DNA of 57,831 nt from Candidatus Wolfebacteria bacterium RIFCSPLOWO2_01_FULL_47_17b (GCA_001793865.1 MGIS01000023.1:1-57831); one strand, 5' to 3'. Positions 42,578-52,024 are shown, numbered from the stretch's first letter. Translations and numbers: made by a program. Notes: generated from the sequence alone by a model not told the origin.

Positions 42578-43324
42578 TTATGATAGTTTCGCGATAAGCG
42601 AAGCTACCACCCAGTCGATCGACGCTTTCGCGTGGTCGTTTGCCGGAATAAAGTAATCGAATTCATCCGGGTTGTCGTCATTGTCTATTATCCCCAGCAC
42701 AAGCGATTTTTTGATGTGCGCCTCATGCAGTGCGGTTTTATGGTTCTTTACCGATGCGTCAACGACAAACAGCACATCCGGCACTTTATCCAACTGTTCA
42801 ACGCCCTTAAAGGTCGCTGACATTTTTTCGATCTCCCGCTCGATCATAAGCCGTTCCTTCTTCGTGTAGCGATCAAATGCGCCATCTCTCATATCCTGTT
42901 GGCGCTTTTTGAGATATTCAATCCGTTTGGATATAACCGGAAAATTGGTCATAAGTCCCCCCACCCACTTGCCTGTTACGTACGAGCAGTCGCCAAGCGC
43001 CTTGGAAAGCGCTTCGATTGCGCCGTACGCGGCGGGCTGTGTTCCGATTAAAAGGAATGCTTTTTTTTCCGCTTTTGCCTTCTTGAGCACCTGCGCTACG
43101 ATCCCGATGCCCTGCATCGTTTTCTGCAAATCGAGCATTTCAAGCCCGTTGCGTGTCGCGAATACATACTCGCCGAATTTCGGATTTTTTCTCGATTTTT
43201 TGTGGCCGTAGAGTACGCCGTTTTTCGCCATATCTTCATATACCTCGTCGCTCACCTCCACCTGCGTAAAATCAAGCGTGAGTCCGACGCTTGTCTGTTT
43301 TTCGGTTGTCTTATGTTCTGCCAT
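42578..43324 (-). CDS. rpsB: 30S ribosomal protein S2
   Basis: GVLYGHKKSRKNPKF..., 248 aa. Confidence 0.95.
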   Translation of the reverse strand: MAEHKTTEKQTSVGLTLDFTQVEVSDEVYEDMAKNGVLYGHKKSRKNPKFGEYVFATRNGLEMLDLQKTMQGIGIVAQVLKKAKAEKKAFLLIGTQPAAYGAIEALSKALGDCSYVTGKWVGGLMTNFPVISKRIEYLKKRQQDMRDGAFDRYTKKERLMIEREIEKMSATFKGVEQLDKVPDVLFVVDASVKNHKTALHEAHIKKSLVLGIIDNDDNPDEFDYFIPANDHAKASIDWVVASLIAKLS

Positions 43325-43333
43325 ACCCGCAGA

Positions 43334-43362
43334 AATGTACTACACTGGCACACAAAAAGCAA
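43334..43362 (-). promoter_or_regulatory. promoter TTGCTT-17-TACATT abutting a hairpin, 9 nt before the rpsB ATG
   Basis: Minus strand ttgctt (43357-43362), tacatt (43334-43339), ATG at 43324. Confidence 0.5.
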
Positions 43363-43390
43363 CCCCCACACCAAAGCTTTGGTGTGGGGG
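43363..43390. repeat. C5ACACC/GGTGTG5 hairpin family, 28-bp perfect palindrome
   Basis: cccccacaccaaag|ctttggtgtggggg. Confidence 0.9.
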
Positions 43391-43406
43391 CAAGTCCCTG
43401 TTTTCT

Positions 43407-43832
43407 TCAATCAATGTTTGATGTAGCCGTTTTTTGTGTGTGCACCACAATCGGCTCCATTTCTATCCTTCTGCAAATCTCTTGAAAGAAATGATATCCA
43501 TTCTCCCCGACTGCGAATTTCAGGTTATCTTTCTCGTTCTGCAATTTTGAGAGAATGCGGCTTGTTCCGTCTTCTTTTGTTGAGACAATAAATTCAAAAG
43601 TAGCTTTATTCAACCAGTTTGTGCCGTCGGCATAGAGCTGCAATTTAATTGGTGTGGCATCGCACAAGACAAGGACGAGCGTGCCAATGAATTCCTGAAG
43701 ATAATACACGTTCACACACATATGGGACACTTTTATCTTCTCATCGTAGAACAACTGCCCTTTGCCGAGTTCGGATCGAAATGTATGAAATGCGCAGTAC
43801 AAAACATCCGGAAGTGTTTTGATTTTTTTCAC
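43407..43832 (-). CDS. hypothetical protein (141 aa)
   Basis: ORF only. Occupies the position where rplS usually follows trmD. Confidence 0.6.
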   Translation of the reverse strand: MKKIKTLPDVLYCAFHTFRSELGKGQLFYDEKIKVSHMCVNVYYLQEFIGTLVLVLCDATPIKLQLYADGTNWLNKATFEFIVSTKEDGTSRILSKLQNEKDNLKFAVGENGYHFFQEICRRIEMEPIVVHTQKTATSNID

Positions 43833-43868
43833 TGAATCACCTCTTTATTTGAATTTTCTGCCTTTATC

Positions 43869-44501
43869 CTACTCCACCCTTCGCCATTTGTCTATGTTCT
43901 TATGGTGCCCCGAAAGAAGCGTTTTAGGGACACGCCATCTGCCGAATTTCTCTGGCCGAGTGTACACGGGATACGAGCCTTTTATATCCTCAAGCGATTC
44001 GTTCTTCCCGAGCACTCCCGGAGTGAGCCGCGAAACGGCATCTATGGCCGCGAGTGCCGGCATTTCACCTCCGGTGAGCACGTATTCGCCTATTGAGAGC
44101 TCCTCGTCGGCTATGTGCTTTGCGACTCGCTCGTCTACTCCTTCGTAGCGCCCACATATCAAAATAAGATCGTCGTATTTCGCCAACCTCTTCGCTTCTT
44201 TTTGGGTGAATAGTTTTCCTCGTGTACTGAATAAAATCACCCGCGTTTTTCTTTTCGGTATACGGTATACGGTATTCTGTATACGTGAAACCGCATCGTA
44301 GATCGGTTTCACTGCCATCACCATCCCCGGCCCCCCTCCAAACGGCCGATCGTCAACTTTCTTGTACTTGCCCATCCCCCATTTTCGCAGGTCGTAGGTT
44401 TTGACGGATATTTTTTTGCTCTTCTGTGCCCTGCCCAAAATAGAGGAATTAGCATATTCCTCTATGGTTTTGGGAAGAAGTGTAATAACGTGGAATCGCA
44501 T
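43869..44501 (-). CDS. trmD: tRNA (guanine37-N1)-methyltransferase
   Basis: Start MRFHVITLLP at 44501. DDRPFGGGPGMVM, ICGRYEGVDERV. Confidence 0.95.
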   Translation of the reverse strand: MRFHVITLLPKTIEEYANSSILGRAQKSKKISVKTYDLRKWGMGKYKKVDDRPFGGGPGMVMAVKPIYDAVSRIQNTVYRIPKRKTRVILFSTRGKLFTQKEAKRLAKYDDLILICGRYEGVDERVAKHIADEELSIGEYVLTGGEMPALAAIDAVSRLTPGVLGKNESLEDIKGSYPVYTRPEKFGRWRVPKTLLSGHHKNIDKWRRVE

Positions 44502-44506
44502 GTATC

Positions 44507-45985
44507 TCAACTTTCAATCCAACCTAGTGCCTTAAGCTGTGCGTGGGCGCTATGGAATGCCGCCATATTCCCCATGAGGTTTTTGGGGACCTTATATTTT
44601 TTAAATCCGGTCCTCAGTTTTGCCGCCTGACGCGTGTCGGGATCAAATACTTCATATGCTCCTCCAGCTTCTTTAAAAAGGCTTGCCAGTTCGGCGAGAT
44701 CTTCTACTGCTTCTTTTTTGAATCGTTCACGTACATCATCTTGCGGATGTTCAAGCGCTATTTTTATCTTCGCTTGAATGTTTTGCGCGGTTACCCACGG
44801 CCAAACGCATTCATTGTGGTATCCTCCCATGCCAATCAGCCGCAGTATGGGATATATTTTGTTCTTTGGGTATGGCGGATCGAAGTTTTTGAGCCCAGCA
44901 TTTGTAGTAAGACGGTTTCTCATTGTGTCCTGCACCAGTGCACCTTCCTCAGCAGAAAGCATATACAGACAGCCGAACACGCTTGCTGTGGCATCGACTC
45001 GATCTTCTCCTTCTCCCGTTCTGAAATAATGCCCATCTTTGTCATAGAGCTTTTCCAACACTCCTTTTTGCACCTTTTCATGTTTTTTCCTGTATGCCTG
45101 CGCCTCTTCCGATTTTCCAAGTCCCTCTGTGATAAGGACCATCATTCGTAACGCCCGGGCGTACCAGATGTTAATGGTGCCTATTTTTTTGTTGCCACGA
45201 TTGAGGCTGTCCGCCCAATCGGGATTCGATTTTTTTGATATCTCCAATCCATCCTGTGGATCTGTACGCTGCATAAAGTTCTCCATCGCACTCTGCACCT
45301 GTTCAAAATGATTGGCAACGAACTGCCGTCCTTCTTTTGAGGATAAAAAGAGCTCTCCGAGCGTTACCACGATCGAAGGAATGGTGTCCTCGGCATTTCC
45401 GCCATCCTGGCCTTCATATACCGGGCGATCTTTTTTTCTGGTAATCGGATCTATCCCTATTTTCTTCAAAATGTTCAGATCAAATCCGAACAGCGCTTTG
45501 GTTGTGTGTTCCAGCAAAAAACGTTTCCGCTCAACCCTGTATGGGAGCGATCCATCATCTTTTTGATATGAAAACACCGTTCCGAGAGAATCTATAAGTG
45601 CTTGCGGTTTTTCGCGCGTGTAAAAATTCCCTCCCGCGTGCGCTAAATCCCGAGACCACATCGTATGATAAAAGCTGTCCTCGGGATTTCCCGATGGTGA
45701 TATACCAAATCCTTCCGCGTGGCATGCGTCTAGGTGTTGCTTTGAGTCCACCACTTCTTGCGTGATGTCTGCTTCTTTCTTTTCATCTAACTGCACTGGA
45801 GGTATTTCTCTTTTCTTATGGGCTTTATTCAACCGCATCGAATCAATGCGTTGGGCTTTTTCTTCAAACCTCTCCAAATATGCTTCCATCTTCTGACGTT
45901 CTTTTTCTTTATCTTTTTCGTCGTGTTCCTGTTTTTTCGGCTCTGATCCGTGAGAAAGATTTTTCTCAAATGATTTTTCTTGCAT
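44507..45985 (-). CDS. (alpha/alpha)6-barrel glycoside-hydrolase-like protein (GDE_C / amylo-alpha-1,6-glucosidase-like)
   Basis: 492 aa. MWSRDLAHA, DWADS, GGYHNECVWPW motifs recalled from GDE_C/GH100-type enzymes. K/E-rich N-terminus. Confidence 0.55.
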   Translation of the reverse strand: MQEKSFEKNLSHGSEPKKQEHDEKDKEKERQKMEAYLERFEEKAQRIDSMRLNKAHKKREIPPVQLDEKKEADITQEVVDSKQHLDACHAEGFGISPSGNPEDSFYHTMWSRDLAHAGGNFYTREKPQALIDSLGTVFSYQKDDGSLPYRVERKRFLLEHTTKALFGFDLNILKKIGIDPITRKKDRPVYEGQDGGNAEDTIPSIVVTLGELFLSSKEGRQFVANHFEQVQSAMENFMQRTDPQDGLEISKKSNPDWADSLNRGNKKIGTINIWYARALRMMVLITEGLGKSEEAQAYRKKHEKVQKGVLEKLYDKDGHYFRTGEGEDRVDATASVFGCLYMLSAEEGALVQDTMRNRLTTNAGLKNFDPPYPKNKIYPILRLIGMGGYHNECVWPWVTAQNIQAKIKIALEHPQDDVRERFKKEAVEDLAELASLFKEAGGAYEVFDPDTRQAAKLRTGFKKYKVPKNLMGNMAAFHSAHAQLKALGWIES

Positions 45986-46063
45986 ATCTTGAACTATAAC
46001 CTAGAAATATGTATAATGCAATGAGTCGCAACACATTAATTATCAATAATCGAAAGGACTACT

Positions 46064-46399
46064 ATGGGATTAGAACAATTTCCTAAAAAGGAGCAGAAAC
46101 TTCAGATAACCGCTGAGAATGTAAAAAAGTACATCAAAGGAACCCTAGAAGCTTTTCTGAATGAGCTAAAAGAAGAGCATCCCGGAGGAGTAAGAGAAGT
46201 TTTTAACAAGGTGGTCGGTAGCAAACCAATGATTCATTCTGAAATGAGAGAACGGATTGTTAATATAGCAGACGCCATAAGCGAGCAGCCCCCTACAACA
46301 ATGCAAGAAACGGAAGATTTGATTGAAAAACTTAATTCTCCGGAAATCAAAGAAAAAATAGAATCGGATCCCGAGGGGATTTGGGAACGAATAAAATAA
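46064..46399 (+). CDS. hypothetical protein (111 aa)
   Basis: ORF with a downstream hairpin. Confidence 0.6.
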   Translation: MGLEQFPKKEQKLQITAENVKKYIKGTLEAFLNELKEEHPGGVREVFNKVVGSKPMIHSEMRERIVNIADAISEQPPTTMQETEDLIEKLNSPEIKEKIESDPEGIWERIK

Positions 46400-46445
46400 A
46401 AAAACAGCCCTTCCGCTGGTTGGCGGAGGACTGTTTTTCTAAACA

Positions 46446-46796
46446 TTAAAGATTTTTGAGGTCTTCGACTGCTTTATCAACATCACTTGCTTGCGGTGAG
46501 CCAGTCGAACCCGTCGAAGGGCTGGCTTCTCTGGGCGCCGGACCCGTTCCTCCTTCCGGCTCGAGAATCTTCAGATTGACGCGAGCGTTGTTCTTCAAGC
46601 CCACGATTCTCAAAAGAGAACGGATGGCTTTTGCGGTTGCTCCCTGGCGGCCGACAATCTGTCCCATGTCCGCCCGGTTCACCTGCAATTTGAGAAGCAC
46701 GCCCATTTCGTCGATCTGCCGTTCGATCTTCACGTCATCCGGATAATTCACCAGCGACTTGATGACGAACTCTAAGAATTGCTGATCTCTTTCCAT
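46446..46796 (-). CDS. KH-domain RNA-binding protein (YlqC/KhpA-like) with C-terminal extension
   Basis: VGRQGATAKAIRSLL GxxG motif; conserved neighbour of rpsP. Confidence 0.88.
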   Translation of the reverse strand: MERDQQFLEFVIKSLVNYPDDVKIERQIDEMGVLLKLQVNRADMGQIVGRQGATAKAIRSLLRIVGLKNNARVNLKILEPEGGTGPAPREASPSTGSTGSPQASDVDKAVEDLKNL

Positions 46797-46875
46797 ATCT
46801 GTAGTCTATTGCTTCTAATCTCTCCAATCGACCTTTCAGTTGTATACCGCCATTATATAGCAAAGTTTTAAAAAG

Positions 46876-47307
46876 TCAAGCTTCAGGGGGCTTTTCTTCT
46901 TCTTTCGGCTCTTCCTTTGGAGGTTCAGCCTCGGTCTGAGGAGGTTGGACTTCGGTTACTTCCGCCGCTGGCACTTCCTCTTTTTTCTCCTCCTGTGCCC
47001 CGCTTGATACGGTATTCGGTATACTGTCTTCAGTCTTCGGTTTTGGCTTGCCATGCTTTGGCACCTTCGGCCCCTCATTCACCTTTTCCCGCACAAGCAG
47101 GTTGTGTACCGAATCCGTCGGTTGAGCTCCGCTTTTAATCCAGTATTCCATCCTGTCTTTGTTCACCGATGAAAGATTTGTGTGTGGATTGTACCAACCC
47201 AAATCTTCAATGAACTTTCCAACCAGTTTTGATTTTTTCTCCATCACGACCACGCGGTACGAAATCTGCTTTTTCTTGCCGATTGGTCTTAGTTTGATTG
47301 CTAGCAT
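46876..47307 (-). CDS. rpsP: 30S ribosomal protein S16 with ~60-aa P/E/K-rich C-terminal extension
   Basis: MLAIKLRPIGKKKQISYRVVV...GWYNP. Confidence 0.95.
   Translation of the reverse strand: MLAIKLRPIGKKKQISYRVVVMEKKSKLVGKFIEDLGWYNPHTNLSSVNKDRMEYWIKSGAQPTDSVHNLLVREKVNEGPKVPKHGKPKPKTEDSIPNTVSSGAQEEKKEEVPAAEVTEVQPPQTEAEPPKEEPKEEEKPPEA
46920..46953. repeat. EVQP-hairpin element, degenerate copy inside rpsP
   Basis: gaggttcagcctc ggtctgag gaggttggacttc (13+8+13), translated TEVQPPQTEAEP. Confidence 0.65.
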
Positions 47308-47316
47308 AATGCGTAA

Positions 47317-47345
47317 AATCTATAGGAAACGTGATAAAATGTCAA
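47317..47345 (-). promoter_or_regulatory. promoter TTGACA-17-TAGATT, 9 nt before the rpsP ATG
   Basis: Minus strand ttgaca (47340-47345, overlapping the smc stop), tagatt (47317-47322). Confidence 0.6.
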
Positions 47346-49519
47346 TGAACGGCTTGCTTTGCGTCCTCTAGGCGCAACGAAATTACCTTCGATGCGCCGC
47401 CTTCATCCATCGTCACACCGTAGAGAATATCCGCCGCCTCCATCGTCACGCGGTTGTGGGTAACGATGACAAACTGCGTGTGTTTTGAAAAATTGCCTAT
47501 AAGATCGGAGAATCGTTTTGAATTCTTTTCGTCCAATGCTGAATCGACTTCGTCCAGCACCAGAAACGGCGGCGGACTGACCGAGATGAGCGCGAACAGC
47601 ACCGCGATGGACACGAGCGATTTCTCCCCTCCTGAGAGCATATCCAAACTGGTTATCTTTTTCTGCGGTATGGAAAGGTCTATATCTATGCCGGCGATTT
47701 TTTCATCGGTGGCCTGAGGTTCAACCTCTCCAGATCGAGGTTGAACCTCGACCTCTTTCTTAATTATCTTCATCTTCGCCGATCCCCCGTTGAACATCAG
47801 CCGGAAATACGTATTAAATTCCTCGTTTACTTTTTTAAACGCCTTTTGAAAATCGGTTTCAATCTTTTCCTGAAGCTCGTCTATAAGCATAAATAAGTCC
47901 GCGGATGCTTTGGATAGATCGCCGGTCTCTTTTACAAGGTGCGTATAATGCACTTCAACCTCTTGTGCTTCTTTAAGCATCGCTTCGTCTACATCGCCGA
48001 TACTTGCCATCTCCCCCCGCAGGCGCATAATTCTGCGATCCATATCGGCAAGTTCTTGTTCTGAGTAGTGGGTGGTGGGTAGGGAGCTATGAGCGGCACT
48101 TTCGAATGCGTGAAAGTCTCCTCCAAACGACTGCGCATAATTGCGCAGCTCCTGCATTTTGTACTCGTTCTTCTCCTGCTCAAATGAGATCTTTGTCCGT
48201 GCATCCGCTATCTGCTTCAGATTTCCGCGCACAGCATCCAACTGTCCGTATATGTTTTTAAACTGCTCGTTGAATCGCGCCATCCCATGTGATATTTCTT
48301 CCTCCTCCGCGTCTATTTTTTGTAAGAGCAGGCGTGTTTCGTGCAGTTCCTTTTCCATCTTTTTCCGTTCTGCTGAAAAATCTTTTTTCTCCGCGTCTCC
48401 CTTCTCTTCTAGGGGGGCGAGGATGTGTTCGATTGTTTGGATGATTTTTCGAATTGATGCGAACAATGCATTGAGGTCGGTCAATCCCAACAGGGATTGC
48501 AGTTTATCTTTTGTCTCGGTGAGCGTTTTTGCCGTTACAACGGACGAAATATCGATATTTCGATATTTCGATATCTTGCTCTCTCGCTCTTCCTCCAATT
48601 CTAGCCTCATAAGTTCCCGTTCGTACTTCGATTGCTCCGCGAACAGTTCCCTGCGTTTAACCGAGAGTTCCTGCATGCGCGATTTGGACATGGATGTTTC
48701 CTCGAGCTTCGCAAGTTCTTTTTCGAGTTTTACGCGTTCATCGTCCGATGCCTTATATTTTTTTTCAAGTTCAGGAAGCGGCGCGACAATATGCTTTCGC
48801 TCGCTCTGTAGTTGGGCGATTTTGTACGCGAAGAAATCCTTTTCAATCGATTTGAGCTCTTCTTCTATTTCTGATCGTTTGTGCCATTTGGCGGTCTGGC
48901 GTTTGAGCATGCGCAGGCGCGGGGCTACTTCCTCGGTCATCGCGATAACCTTTTCGAGGTTGATGTGCGTGTTTTTGAGTTTTCGCTGGGCCTCGTGTTT
49001 TTTTAGTTCATATTCCCGCAAACCAAGAATTTCCTGTACCATCTGCATGCGCTCGGCTGCGCTCGCGCGCACGAATATATCCCCTGCTCCCTGCCCAATA
49101 ACGGTCAGCCCTTTTGTCCCTAACTTTATCTTTGAGAAAAAATCGACGACATCTTTGAGCCGCACCTCCGCGTCGTTTATGCGATATTCGCTTGCGCCAT
49201 CCCGGGATACGCGGCGGGTAATAATCACTTCCTTGAAATCAACGGGGAGATCGCCCGATGTATTATCGAACACCAGACTCACCTGTGCCTGCGACATACG
49301 GGGTTTTTTGGGCGTACCGGCGAAAATAAGATCTTCTATCTTGCCTCCGCGAAGGTTTTTTGCTTCGCGTTCGCCCAATAACCAGCGCACCGCGTCGATG
49401 ACGTTTGATTTCCCCGATCCGTTTGGTCCCACCACGCCAACAATGCCCGATGGAAAATCGAACACCGTTTTCTGCGCGAAGGATTTGAACCCGTTTATTT
49501 CTAATCGTTTCAGATACAT
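47342..49519 (-). CDS. smc: SMC-family ATPase, short (725 aa) with no recognisable hinge
   Basis: N-terminal head MYLKRLEINGFKSF..GPNGSGKSN. C-terminal head LSGGEKSL..LVLDEVDSALD. The middle is continuous E/K/L coiled coil. Confidence 0.9.
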   Translation of the reverse strand: MYLKRLEINGFKSFAQKTVFDFPSGIVGVVGPNGSGKSNVIDAVRWLLGEREAKNLRGGKIEDLIFAGTPKKPRMSQAQVSLVFDNTSGDLPVDFKEVIITRRVSRDGASEYRINDAEVRLKDVVDFFSKIKLGTKGLTVIGQGAGDIFVRASAAERMQMVQEILGLREYELKKHEAQRKLKNTHINLEKVIAMTEEVAPRLRMLKRQTAKWHKRSEIEEELKSIEKDFFAYKIAQLQSERKHIVAPLPELEKKYKASDDERVKLEKELAKLEETSMSKSRMQELSVKRRELFAEQSKYERELMRLELEEERESKISKYRNIDISSVVTAKTLTETKDKLQSLLGLTDLNALFASIRKIIQTIEHILAPLEEKGDAEKKDFSAERKKMEKELHETRLLLQKIDAEEEEISHGMARFNEQFKNIYGQLDAVRGNLKQIADARTKISFEQEKNEYKMQELRNYAQSFGGDFHAFESAAHSSLPTTHYSEQELADMDRRIMRLRGEMASIGDVDEAMLKEAQEVEVHYTHLVKETGDLSKASADLFMLIDELQEKIETDFQKAFKKVNEEFNTYFRLMFNGGSAKMKIIKKEVEVQPRSGEVEPQATDEKIAGIDIDLSIPQKKITSLDMLSGGEKSLVSIAVLFALISVSPPPFLVLDEVDSALDEKNSKRFSDLIGNFSKHTQFVIVTHNRVTMEAADILYGVTMDEGGASKVISLRLEDAKQAVH
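47716..47749. repeat. EVQP-hairpin element, perfect copy in frame inside smc
   Basis: gaggttcaacctc tccagatc gaggttgaacctc, translated EVQPRSGEVEP. Confidence 0.85.
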
Positions 49520-49635
49520 ATGTGAATCGATTCTTAATGCGAAACTACGAATGTTCCATGCAAATCTTGCGAAAGCGAATCTCTTTTAGTGCGTTTTTTT
49601 GCATGATACGCATTCTGCTGTTCGTATGATTAGCA

Positions 49636-50328
49636 TTAACTTTTCTGGAAAGATTTTAATGCGTTTTTCGCGGCATCTACTTCCGCTTCCTGCTTGGATG
49701 TACCAGTGCCTTCGGCTATTTTTTTGTCTTTGAGAAACACTCCCACCACGAATTCTTTTTTATGATCCGGCCCCAGCTCCTTGAGCACCGAATACGTCGG
49801 CGTCACGCGAATCTTATCCTGCGCGATCTCCTGGAAGTAGCTTTTCGCGTCACGGTATGAATCGTTTGCTACAATGTCGTCAGCGAGCACCAGCACCTGC
49901 TCCACGATAAAGAATGCAACGGCATCGTAGCCGCCATCCATATACAGCGCGCCCAAAAGCGCTTCGAACGCGTTGGCGAGTATCACTTCGCGCGCTTTGC
50001 CGGTGTCTTTCATCTCCCCTTTTGATAGGAAGAGGTATTTTTCCAGCTGTACCTGCTGAGCGACTTTCGCGAGCGTTTGGTAGTTGACCAGCGCCGCACG
50101 GATGCTGGTCAGCTTTCCTTCCTGCATATCTGGGTATTTGTGATAGAGGTTTTCGGTTACGATGAGTTCCAGCACCGCATCTCCCAAGAATTCAAGCCGC
50201 TCGTTATGCGGCAGATGCCACGAAGGGTTCTCGTTTAAATATGAGCGATGTGTGAGCGCCTCCTGCAGAACGTCCTTGTTCTTGAAGGCATAGTGTATGC
50301 TTTGTTCAAATTCTTGTATCTGATCCAT
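49636..50328 (-). CDS. rnc: ribonuclease III
   Basis: Start MDQIQEFEQSI at 50328 (track 50415). HRSY..NERLEFLGDAVL. C-terminal dsRBD. Confidence 0.93.
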   Translation of the reverse strand: MDQIQEFEQSIHYAFKNKDVLQEALTHRSYLNENPSWHLPHNERLEFLGDAVLELIVTENLYHKYPDMQEGKLTSIRAALVNYQTLAKVAQQVQLEKYLFLSKGEMKDTGKAREVILANAFEALLGALYMDGGYDAVAFFIVEQVLVLADDIVANDSYRDAKSYFQEIAQDKIRVTPTYSVLKELGPDHKKEFVVGVFLKDKKIAEGTGTSKQEAEVDAAKNALKSFQKS

Positions 50329-50450
50329 GATTTTATATGTGTCTCGCGTGTGAATGGGAGTGGGTATGGATGCTTGTATGGTCTGCGGGTATAGGCAGAA
50401 GTTTGTGCCCATCAACTTTATACCCTACACCATCCTAGCTTCTATAACCC

Positions 50451-50897
50451 TTACCCCTTACTCTTGCCTTCTGTCTCCAACTGCTCCACCTGCTTGAGCA
50501 CCGTACCCAGCACGCCGTTTATGAATTTGCCGGAATTGATGCCGCCGTAGTTTTTTGCCAGTTCAATCGATTCATTGATGGCGACCTTATGCGGAACCTC
50601 CTGTGGATCGGCGTAGAGGATCTCATACACGCCGATACGCAATACATTGCGGTCGATGATGGTTATTTGATCCAGCGGCCATTCGACGGCGGATTTGGAT
50701 ATAATGCCGTCAATCTGCGGCAAGTGTTCGGCAATACCTTTGATTATTTTCCACGCAAACTCGGGCTCGTCTATACCGGGCCCGAATTCATCGAGATTCC
50801 GCTGCACAATCTTCACCAAATCGAGCTCTTTTTTGAGAAAATCCCATTCATAGAGCGACTGTAGAATTATGGATCTGATAAGGTGCCGTGTAGCCAT
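50451..50897 (-). CDS. nusB: transcription antitermination factor NusB
   Basis: Start [20 protein letters not shown] at 50897, 2 nt after the rpmF stop. Confidence 0.88.
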   Translation of the reverse strand: MATRHLIRSIILQSLYEWDFLKKELDLVKIVQRNLDEFGPGIDEPEFAWKIIKGIAEHLPQIDGIISKSAVEWPLDQITIIDRNVLRIGVYEILYADPQEVPHKVAINESIELAKNYGGINSGKFINGVLGTVLKQVEQLETEGKSKG

Positions 50898-50899
50898 TG

Positions 50900-51067
50900 T
50901 TACGCTTTCTTGCCTTTGTAGTAGCCGCAGTTCGCGCATGCCCGATGTGGCAGTAACGGATGTTTGCACTCAGGGCACGGAAACAGTTTTTTAGGTTTCA
51001 GCGCGTGATGTGATCTACGCCTGCCGGTTTTTGATCTCGTATGATGTTTTGTCGGTACTCCTCCCAT
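50900..51067 (-). CDS. rpmF: 50S ribosomal protein L32
   Basis: Not in track (55 aa). [55 protein letters not shown]. Confidence 0.9.
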   Translation of the reverse strand: MGGVPTKHHTRSKTGRRRSHHALKPKKLFPCPECKHPLLPHRACANCGYYKGKKA

Positions 51068-51119
51068 AATTCAATCGAGCAGGAAGCCCGTAGGGTTTGG
51101 TCTGCGAACTTCGTGCGCG

Positions 51120-51812
51120 TTATTTTTTCTTAAGTGTAGTATAGTTGCGAATAAACGTCAATCTATGCGCCGTGCTTGGGCCGTGTTTTATAAGCGCGGC
51201 AGTATGCCCGCGAGTACCGTATCCCTTATTTACCACAAAACCATACGCTGGGTGCTTTTTGTGCAAACGGGACATATACCGGTCGCGATGGAGCTTGGCA
51301 ATAATGGACGCGAGCGCCACCGCGGGCACCGTCTCGTCCGCTTTTGGAAAACTTTTAAAATTCGGTGCGTTCACTTTAATCCCCGCGTCCGCAATCACCC
51401 TACTTTCATTGTGAGCGGAGTTCGTAAGGTTTGGTGCCGTACTTGATACGGTACCGAACCTTGGTTTGCGAACTTCGCGACGCAGTTCTGCGAGCACCTT
51501 ATGGTACGCGCGTTGAGCCGCCCTGTTCACCGCATGATGAATCCGCATCTTATCTATAGTCGCCGGACGTACGTACGAAAGCGCGAATGGAACCTGCTCC
51601 CTTTGTCTCCATACAGCCCAATATTCCCGCTGTATTGCCGTAAGTTTTTTTGAGTCGGCAAATTTTCTCTTTTCATTTTTACTGCGAGCGCATCGAAGCA
51701 ACCTCATCTCCTTCTCCTTTGACAACGCGACTGCGCACACGCACACCGGCCCAGCCAACGGTCCCCGTCCCACCTCGTCTATGCCGATCGTGCAGTCAAA
51801 TTTCCTTTTCAT
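51120..51812 (-). CDS. rnhB: ribonuclease HII
   Basis: Start MKRKFDC at 51812. GIDEVGRGPLAGPV. Confidence 0.92.
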   Translation of the reverse strand: MKRKFDCTIGIDEVGRGPLAGPVCVCAVALSKEKEMRLLRCARSKNEKRKFADSKKLTAIQREYWAVWRQREQVPFALSYVRPATIDKMRIHHAVNRAAQRAYHKVLAELRREVRKPRFGTVSSTAPNLTNSAHNESRVIADAGIKVNAPNFKSFPKADETVPAVALASIIAKLHRDRYMSRLHKKHPAYGFVVNKGYGTRGHTAALIKHGPSTAHRLTFIRNYTTLKKK

Positions 51813-52024
51813 CTTGTGTGTTAGTTTAACATAAAAAAGCCTGCACACCCCGTATTCAACTAGAGCATGTAGGCTTTAGGGCGTGCCGGGGGAAGGTATA
51901 TTATCCCCGCACGCACGCGTATTTGACGATAGCAGAGACGTATATCTCTCCGCGCATCCATGCACAGATGTTAAGTTACCAGATTAGTGCAGACGCGTAA
52001 TCTCATCAAAACATACAGCCCCAT

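Noticed and set aside
48141-49589. 482-aa plus-strand ORF antisense to smc, and similar long antisense ORFs inside other large genes (e.g. 7401-8012, 21075-21806, 53716-54369, 16997-17524)
   Set aside because: They are Ser/Phe/Cys-rich mirror frames of strongly supported genes (smc, the 1382-aa protein, cysS, dnaE, dnaK). They lack independent start signals and recognisable motifs.
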